Below are positions 58,528 through 64,000 of a stretch of 64,000 bases of DNA, piece after piece. The DNA is from Escherichia phage T4. The stretch lies in sequence record OL964735.1. One strand, 5' to 3'. Under the pieces are notes generated by a model. The model had not been told where the DNA came from. It ran no database searches and saw only the letters and a program-made list of their open reading frames with translations. Numbering within the stretch: position 1 is the stretch's first letter; the number at the start of each line of letters is the position of its first letter. Made by a program: the position numbers and the translations under genes.

Positions 58528-58976
58528 TCAACAATCACAATTTCTAATTTAGAGGAATATGTATCTAAAATCCCCTCAATAATATCCCAGTTCCCTTTAC
58601 CTATGCCTGCACCAATCCTAGGCATATAGATTGTAGGTTTAATCAGTTTATTTTCACCAAACTCATTTAATTCTAACATACAATTCATTAAAGCGGAATA
58701 CTCAAAATTTGGCCCTGGTTGAAATTGAGTATAAAGATTGAAGCAGTAAGCTTTATGAGTCCTAAAGTATTTTTCATAGACTGAGTAAGAACCGAGTTTA
58801 GTTACATCACCCCATTCAGTCTGTAATTTATCAGCTTCCAAAATTTTAGGGAAAGCTTTGGTTAATTGACCCGCTACGCCTGAACCCATAGTATGAAAAC
58901 AATTACATCCATGTGCAATATTTTTACCTTCAGCGAAAAGGGCGACAATATCGCCCTTGATATATTTTACAATCAT
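58509..58976 (-). CDS. macro-domain-like protein (155 aa), putative ADP-ribose binding/hydrolase
   Basis: N-terminal KGDIVALFAEGKNIAHGCNCFHTMGSGVAGQL resembles the macro-domain GDI...AAN...GGGV.GAI signature. Confidence 0.55.
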   Translation of the reverse strand: MIVKYIKGDIVALFAEGKNIAHGCNCFHTMGSGVAGQLTKAFPKILEADKLQTEWGDVTKLGSYSVYEKYFRTHKAYCFNLYTQFQPGPNFEYSALMNCMLELNEFGENKLIKPTIYMPRIGAGIGKGNWDIIEGILDTYSSKLEIVIVDWEPLL

Positions 58977-59320
58977 CTAGTACTCAATCCTCGATTATAA
59001 GAATCTACCAAACGGTCAACCATTGAATGACAAGCGGCTTTATCTTTCTCCTCCGCAACTGAACATTCTAAGGTATTCCACTTTTTAGCATATCGTTTTA
59101 ACAATGTATCGTTTTTGTATCTGCTTGATTTATCTCTTTCTCCGTCTTTATATGCATATATTAATTTCTGTGCAAATTCAGCTTGGCATGCCTTATTTTT
59201 CCCACAATAATCTGCCGCAGTGCGGTTTACATATTCTCTAATTTCAGTATATGATGTATCTGCTGACGCAGAAGCAGAAAATGAAATTAATCCTATACAT
59301 AAAACCAAAATTTTAGTCAT
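58973..59320 (-). CDS. secreted small protein (115 aa) with signal peptide and 4 Cys
   Basis: Signal peptide MTKILVLCIGLISFSASASA; ATGA overlap with neighbours. Confidence 0.55.
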   Translation of the reverse strand: MTKILVLCIGLISFSASASADTSYTEIREYVNRTAADYCGKNKACQAEFAQKLIYAYKDGERDKSSRYKNDTLLKRYAKKWNTLECSVAEEKDKAACHSMVDRLVDSYNRGLSTR

Positions 59321-59858
59321 TTACTATTTCCAAAAGTTTATTATTTTTAAGGTAATTAGCCTTTTCTAGGACTTCAGAAGCATATTTAGAACCTGCTTTA
59401 ACATTCCATCCCGAATTATAAGAGGATATTGCTTTTCTTATATCGCCCTTATGTATATTTAACCAATAAGAAAGTTCAATGTACGCCCAGGAAGCTGAAT
59501 TGGATCGTTTATTCAACATTCTTTTTATTTCAGCATCGGTCATATTATAACCAAGTTCCTTAACTCTTGCTCGCATAGTAGGCAAATAATTTTGGAACAT
59601 TCCGTAGGCGTGATGCTTTGGTTTAGATTTTAAATTAACTCCGCCAGAGCTTTCTTGCCATAAAATGGCAGCCATTATATGACCTAATCCGCTCTTGTGG
59701 ATATTTTTGTGTGTTTTATATTTTCCATCCTTAGAAAATTGTTCCCCGAATTGATACGCGTAACGCATGTTATCGAGTTGGACATTACTGAAAGTATGCT
59801 CGGAGCTATGTGCCATCATTGAAATGGCCAATAGACCAGCGAGTAGTGCTTTTCTCAT
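59313..59858 (-). CDS. periplasmic soluble lytic transglycosylase (SLT)-like protein, 181 aa
   Basis: Signal peptide MRKALLAGLLAISMMAHS; SLT motifs ES (LWQESSG), GMFQ, SYNSG. Confidence 0.7.
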   Translation of the reverse strand: MRKALLAGLLAISMMAHSSEHTFSNVQLDNMRYAYQFGEQFSKDGKYKTHKNIHKSGLGHIMAAILWQESSGGVNLKSKPKHHAYGMFQNYLPTMRARVKELGYNMTDAEIKRMLNKRSNSASWAYIELSYWLNIHKGDIRKAISSYNSGWNVKAGSKYASEVLEKANYLKNNKLLEIVND

Positions 59859-59865
59859 GCTTACC

Positions 59866-60327
59866 TCATTGAGTTTTAATTACTGCTTTAGAAGCCTTTC
59901 CTGGTAAACGACGACTGTTGATAATTGCCATCCTACATTGAAGTGACGGGTCTTTGAACTTCTCGTTAGGTTTACAAACTGTAAATCCAAGCCAAAGATT
60001 TCCATCTGTGATTTCTAAACGTCCAGGACGATATTCAACCCCATCAATAAAATCCTCGTCAATGTCAGGACGCGGAGGCATACTCAGGAATTCATTAACT
60101 TCTAAAACATGGTCTTTTATTTTATGGAATAATTCAAAAACGTATGTCTCATCAATCTCCCGTTGAATTGCGCGATCAAGAAGATGTTGAGAATATTTTA
60201 GATGAAACGATGAGACTCCTGCTGCTTTTGATGCCTCACGAATCTCATTGTTAATTTGACGAAACTCCGACTCAAAGTGACGACGAAGCTTATTTCGACG
60301 GATAAAAACTTCTGTATTGATAGTCAT
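59866..60327 (-). CDS. regB: RegB sequence-specific endoribonuclease, 153 aa
   Basis: Length, position and N-terminus MTINTEVFIRRNKLRRHF match recalled T4 RegB. Confidence 0.88.
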   Translation of the reverse strand: MTINTEVFIRRNKLRRHFESEFRQINNEIREASKAAGVSSFHLKYSQHLLDRAIQREIDETYVFELFHKIKDHVLEVNEFLSMPPRPDIDEDFIDGVEYRPGRLEITDGNLWLGFTVCKPNEKFKDPSLQCRMAIINSRRLPGKASKAVIKTQ

Positions 60328-60354
60328 GTTATTCTCCTCTTAACTGATAGAAAA

Positions 60355-60384
60355 ATTATACCACAGTCAAGAGGAAAAGTAAAC
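60355..60384 (-). promoter_or_regulatory. T4-type early promoter for regB (-35 GTTTAC 60379-60384, -10 TATAAT 60355-60360)
   Basis: Anchored between the regB ATG and the stop at 60387. Confidence 0.75.
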
Positions 60385-60386
60385 AG

Positions 60387-60665
60387 TTATTCTTTAAATC
60401 TAATCAATTTATTCATAGACTTTGAAACTTCGGCACGAACCTCATGTAGATTTTTGAGCTGTTCAAGACGCTGCGTATAGTAAGCAATTTCATCTTCTTC
60501 GAGACAGTCCTGCGAATCTTCTTTAAGATAACGTGCATAGTCCTGGAAAGCGTTACGGACTACTTCCTGGAAGTCATCAAGACTTTGAATTTTCTTAGGA
60601 GCAACAGATACACGACGAGGGGCAGTATAATACTCATAACCAAACCCTGCGCTTAATTGAGCCAT
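60387..60665 (-). CDS. hypothetical 92-aa protein (positional vs.3)
   Basis: [16 protein letters not shown]... forms a TAATG overlap with the upstream ORF stop. Confidence 0.55.
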   Translation of the reverse strand: MAQLSAGFGYEYYTAPRRVSVAPKKIQSLDDFQEVVRNAFQDYARYLKEDSQDCLEEDEIAYYTQRLEQLKNLHEVRAEVSKSMNKLIRFKE

Positions 60666-60931
60666 TAGTATTTTTCCTCTGGTTGGAACACTGCACGACA
60701 AGCCCACATACTGGCTTCTTTGAGTTTCGTTTTAGCAATAGTTAACTGATCGAGACTTTCAGCATAATTCTTCGCGAATTCACAGTCTTCGCAATTATCT
60801 AGTGCTTCCCAGAATTCATCATATAAAGCATCAAAGATAAGTCCTAAACGAACTTCAGCGTCTTTAATAGCATTTACTTTACCGATTTTCTCTTCAGTAT
60901 GTGGTTTATAACCCTTAATATCTTCAATCAT
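60665..60931 (-). CDS. hypothetical 88-aa helical protein (positional vs.4)
   Basis: [18 protein letters not shown]... with SD GAGGAAG. Confidence 0.55.
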   Translation of the reverse strand: MIEDIKGYKPHTEEKIGKVNAIKDAEVRLGLIFDALYDEFWEALDNCEDCEFAKNYAESLDQLTIAKTKLKEASMWACRAVFQPEEKY

Positions 60932-61145
60932 ATTTGACTTCCTCACCAGTACATAAATCGTATTCAACTAAACGAATAGGTTCATGAATGCCATAGCCTT
61001 GAACAGAAATTTCTGTCGTAGGATAAATTCCATCAATATCACCCATATTCCACGCTTCATTAAATTGCTGTTCGCCTGAGTTACTAAACCACTCGGCGAA
61101 AGCATTTAGCACATCTTCAGAACCTTCAATAATTATCTTTGCCAT
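60924..61145 (-). CDS. hypothetical small acidic protein (73 aa; positional vs.5)
   Basis: ORF in track. Confidence 0.5.
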   Translation of the reverse strand: MAKIIIEGSEDVLNAFAEWFSNSGEQQFNEAWNMGDIDGIYPTTEISVQGYGIHEPIRLVEYDLCTGEEVKYD

Positions 61146-61507
61146 TACAAACTTTCAGTAAAGGTACGAGCGATAACGTCGCGCTGCTGTTCCGGAGTCA
61201 GAGAGTTAAAGCGAACTGCATAACCGGATACACGGATGGTCAGCTGCGGATATTTTTCCGGATGCTTAACTGCATCTTCCAGAGTTTCACGACGCAGAAC
61301 GTTAACGTTCAGGTGTTGACCACCTTCAATTTTAACTGTAGGTTGTGGCTCAATTTCAATTTCACGGGCATGCAAACCATAGAAAATTTCTGGGTCTACA
61401 AAAGAGTCCTCTTTAAAGGTTTTAGAGACAATAATTCGTGCTTGAATACCATCTTCAAAATAAATAGTACCTTTATGTGTGCCTTCAAGAATTTGATATG
61501 CTTTCAT
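61145..61507 (-). CDS. autonomous glycyl-radical cofactor (GrcA/YfiD-like) protein, 120 aa (positional vs.6, T4 Y06I-like)
   Basis: C-terminal [29 protein letters not shown] glycyl-radical motif; the 3' half is GC-rich with host-like codon usage. Confidence 0.8.
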   Translation of the reverse strand: MKAYQILEGTHKGTIYFEDGIQARIIVSKTFKEDSFVDPEIFYGLHAREIEIEPQPTVKIEGGQHLNVNVLRRETLEDAVKHPEKYPQLTIRVSGYAVRFNSLTPEQQRDVIARTFTESL

Positions 61508-61514
61508 ATAAACC

Positions 61515-61844
61515 TCAATTAGAAAATAAATTTATCCAAGATTGTTCTTTAATTAAAAATGGCTCAGAATCATATGCCATTAAACTTTGCGTAATTAATC
61601 CTTTAAAAGGTCCATCAATAAATTCCATGGTAAAATATGGAATTTTATTCATTAGCCGTGCATTAGGAGCAGTGCACAAAACTCTGCATCCTTTGAATAC
61701 GCCTTTTTGTAATTTGTATTGCTTGGGATAAAATTCGCTCAAAATGTTATTTTTTGCCAAAATTTCAAAATGATTCACCAATTTATTTTTAATAGTTTTT
61801 GGCGAAAAATAAAGATATTCGAAAAGCTGAGTGTCTGTCATCAT
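61515..61844 (-). CDS. hypothetical protein (109 aa from ATG at 61844; positional vs.7)
   Basis: [13 protein letters not shown]... forms an ATGA overlap with the upstream ORF stop. Confidence 0.5.
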   Translation of the reverse strand: MMTDTQLFEYLYFSPKTIKNKLVNHFEILAKNNILSEFYPKQYKLQKGVFKGCRVLCTAPNARLMNKIPYFTMEFIDGPFKGLITQSLMAYDSEPFLIKEQSWINLFSN

Positions 61845-62491
61845 TGCATTCCGATTACGAAAAACTGTGGACGAGTAATACCACCAATGCAACATTTACT
61901 ATTACAGCAGTAGTGTACGGTGTCAATATGGACACTATAAATCTTATCCATATCAGGAGATTTGACAGGCTCATCAATTATATACAAAATTCGCGAAAGC
62001 TTTAAACCTCTGAACTTGCTTCCTTTATTACCAATAAAACTGCGTACAGAATCAGTAAATAAACGAAAACGTATATCATCATTAGAATAACGCGAAAATT
62101 CCTTTTTGATGTTATTTGCAGAAATTTTAGCATAAGCTGAAGTATTAGAAAGAACAATAACTGTTCCGCCATCATACAACCAATTAGCAGCAAAGTTAGT
62201 CACAGCAATTGATTTACCGGATTGACGTCCACCATCTAGTCGAAGTGTACAATACTGTTTAAGTAAGTCTTCAAATGGCGGGATATATTCGTTTTTACAA
62301 ATTTCTTCTACTCTAGCATCAGAATGGTGTGTAAAAGCATTCATCAGGGATAGATAAGGACCAGTTAAAAATGTTCTCATTTCTTCTCTATAAGTTTGGG
62401 CCATTCCGTGGCGCATGAATTGTCCATTTCTGTATTTACCCATTACCGCGCTTGGGCTCGACCTTATTACAGGTTGGCGGGAATCCCTCAT
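61841..62491 (-). CDS. P-loop NTPase-like protein (up to 216 aa; start uncertain; positional vs.8)
   Basis: Walker A LDGGRQSGKS and Walker B-like ILYIIDEP; several candidate ATG starts. Confidence 0.55.
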   Translation of the reverse strand: MRDSRQPVIRSSPSAVMGKYRNGQFMRHGMAQTYREEMRTFLTGPYLSLMNAFTHHSDARVEEICKNEYIPPFEDLLKQYCTLRLDGGRQSGKSIAVTNFAANWLYDGGTVIVLSNTSAYAKISANNIKKEFSRYSNDDIRFRLFTDSVRSFIGNKGSKFRGLKLSRILYIIDEPVKSPDMDKIYSVHIDTVHYCCNSKCCIGGITRPQFFVIGMQ

Positions 62492-62517
62492 ATAATCATG
62501 AGGTCCAGGTTGTTCCC

Positions 62518-62883
62518 TTATGCATAAATCGCCTTACCGTAGTATTTGTACCAAGTAGGACGTTGTGCAATTTTTTCATCTAAACGAGCTTGTGATATAG
62601 CAATAGAAGCTTCATGGGGAATATAATCACCACGGAATTCCTGAGGAATATCACTAATATCCTGGACTGTAGTATCCTTGATATTAAAACCACGTTTTAA
62701 ACATTCAGCTATAAGCTCAATTTGACGTTTACGTAAGAACTCGAGCTTATCGTAAAAGAATGTAACATGACCTGCGCCAAGGATAAAAGTAGGACTGATT
62801 TTAAAATCACGAACACGTTTACCGTTAGCAACATGCTTACGAACTGCACCAAAAACACGCGGCAATTCACGATATTCAGCCAT
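62518..62883 (-). CDS. denV: endonuclease V (pyrimidine-dimer DNA glycosylase) DenV, 5'-truncated: 121-aa ORF equal to residues 18-138 of canonical T4 DenV
   Basis: [30 protein letters not shown]...YGKAIYA is identical to recalled T4 endo V from Met18 on; in-frame upstream codons read stop-T-D-Q-H-L; ATG overlaps the ipII stop (TAATG). Confidence 0.8.
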
Positions 62884-63197
62884 TAAGTGTTGGTCAGTTT
62901 ATCTTTAATTGCTTTAGCTGCTTCGATAGCCGCTTGCTGAAGGTCATCCATAGACATGCCGAACTTAGAAGCAAAGTTATCAATTTTCTTTTCGACGGCA
63001 TTCAAAGGCTTGGCCTGTTTACCTTCATTAGCGCCAGGAAGAGCGAGAATACGCTCTCTGTCAATATAAAGGCTTACAAGTTTCTTACGGTCTTTATCGG
63101 GCAAATCATGAAATGAATGGGCCTTTTTATTTACAGCGGCTTCTAATTTACCTGCGCCCACTCGCGCTTCGGCAATAAATTCTTGATATGTTTTCAT
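62883..63197 (-). CDS. ipII: internal protein II (IPII), 104 aa, with capsid-targeting N-terminus
   Basis: N-terminus [11 protein letters not shown] shared with IPIII; position upstream of denV. Confidence 0.85.
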
Positions 63198-63248
63198 ATG
63201 TTTCCTTTAAATGTAAATATTTTTATTATTCTATCCTAGAATTGTGAT

Positions 63249-63278
63249 AATATATTCACAATTCTAGGAGTTGTAAAC
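63249..63278 (-). promoter_or_regulatory. T4-type early promoter for ipII (-35 GTTTAC 63273-63278, -10 TATATT 63249-63254)
   Basis: Perfect 13-bp inverted repeat CCTAGAATTGTGA / TCACAATTCTAGG (63235-63268) brackets the -10. Confidence 0.65.
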
Positions 63279-63312
63279 TGCTTTTATTTAAGCGTCCCAA
63301 GTATAAGCTTTA

Positions 63313-63894
63313 TTAAGAATTACCACGGGCTGCATTAGCAACGGCGTAAGCGTACTGAATATTAGCGTCTTTAAACTTACCTTTAGAGGTATCTATTTCT
63401 GCCTTAAAGCCGCCTTTAGTCATAACATCGGCAAATTCTTTACGGAAAGCCATTGCATCAAGACCTTTCCATGATGATTTATGCTTGGCAAATTCAAGAC
63501 CTGCGAAGTTGACAGCTTTAGCCAATTTATTATCAATGACCCATTTACCGGCTTTAGGCACAAACTTCGGGCCTTTCTGTTTAGAGAACAGTTTTAAATT
63601 CCAGCGGCGAAGGTCTGCATCAGCTTTAACAAATTCTGAGTCTAAGTTACTAGCAACAACATCTTCAATATGAGCAAATTTAAGTCCGTCAACTTCAATA
63701 TTTAAATCGGTACGCCAGCGAAGTCCTTCCCAAGCGAAGGCTTTAAAGTCGGAAGCCTTTGTAGCTAAGTACCGTTCAATAGGAGCTGTTTTAGGGTCAA
63801 AGCCGTTTCCTGATCGGTAGGTCCACTCATCTTTGTTAATGCCTTTGGCCTTTACTACAGAAGCTTCGGCAATAAATTCTTGATATGTTTTCAT
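63313..63894 (-). CDS. ipIII: internal protein III (IPIII), 193 aa, with capsid-targeting N-terminus
   Basis: N-terminus [18 protein letters not shown]; length matches T4 IPIII. Confidence 0.88.
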   Translation of the reverse strand: MKTYQEFIAEASVVKAKGINKDEWTYRSGNGFDPKTAPIERYLATKASDFKAFAWEGLRWRTDLNIEVDGLKFAHIEDVVASNLDSEFVKADADLRRWNLKLFSKQKGPKFVPKAGKWVIDNKLAKAVNFAGLEFAKHKSSWKGLDAMAFRKEFADVMTKGGFKAEIDTSKGKFKDANIQYAYAVANAARGNS

Positions 63895-63948
63895 ATGTTT
63901 CCTTTAAATTATTTTAATTAGTAATTGTCTATTCAAGTAATTGTGAAT

Positions 63949-63978
63949 ATACTATCACAATTCCAAGAGAAAGTAAAC
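63949..63978 (-). promoter_or_regulatory. T4-type early promoter for ipIII (-35 GTTTAC 63973-63978, -10 TAGTAT 63949-63954)
   Basis: Inverted repeat ATTGTGA/TCACAAT flanks the -10, mirroring the ipII promoter. Confidence 0.6.
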
Positions 63979-64000
63979 AGCTTTATAGATTTTTATACGC

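Overview
This 64-kb window is a segment of a T4-type coliphage (Tevenvirinae) genome, collinear with the phage T4 early / DNA-metabolism region from rIIA.1 and gene 60 through ipIII (roughly T4 map 2-66 kb). The proteins I can recall (gp39/gp60 topoisomerase, gp43 polymerase, gp45/44/62, gp46/47, gp41, gp61, UvsX, Dda, DexA, NrdD/G, NrdC, Tk, RegA, RegB, RI, Soc, DenV, IPII/IPIII and others) look identical or near-identical to T4. About 125 CDS are packed almost end to end on the minus strand, with many TAATG/ATGA stop-start overlaps; one convincing plus-strand gene candidate lies between dam and gene 61. Regulatory signals visible in the sequence: 17 T4 early promoters (GTTTAC, 18 nt, TATAAT-like), a late promoter (TATAAATA) for soc, a MotA-box middle promoter for gene 45, the gp43 translational operator hairpin, and a family of GGGCC-CGAA-GGCCC hairpins (UUCG tetraloop on the transcript), four of which are followed by U-runs. 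Selfish elements: the gene 60 50-nt translational bypass next to the mobA HNH gene that splits topoisomerase II, a 1033-nt group I intron in nrdD carrying I-TevII, and five further free-standing homing-endonuclease genes. No tRNA, rRNA, CRISPR array or integrase was found. I did not find a clearly undescribed multi-gene system; this is one of the most studied phage regions. The items most worth a second look are a 5'-truncated denV, the plus-strand small membrane ORF, a capsid-targeting-sequence-like N-terminus on the small 61.1 ORF, the host-like glycyl-radical module in the vs.6 ORF, a macro-domain ORF, a nucleotidyltransferase-fold ORF next to a P-loop ATPase, and two paralogous protein families of unknown function. 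The supplied ORF track extends ORFs to TTG/GTG codons; I moved starts to ATG where codon arithmetic and a Shine-Dalgarno motif supported it, and starts of other hypothetical ORFs remain uncertain. Names for hypothetical ORFs are positional guesses from memory of the T4 map, not database-verified.
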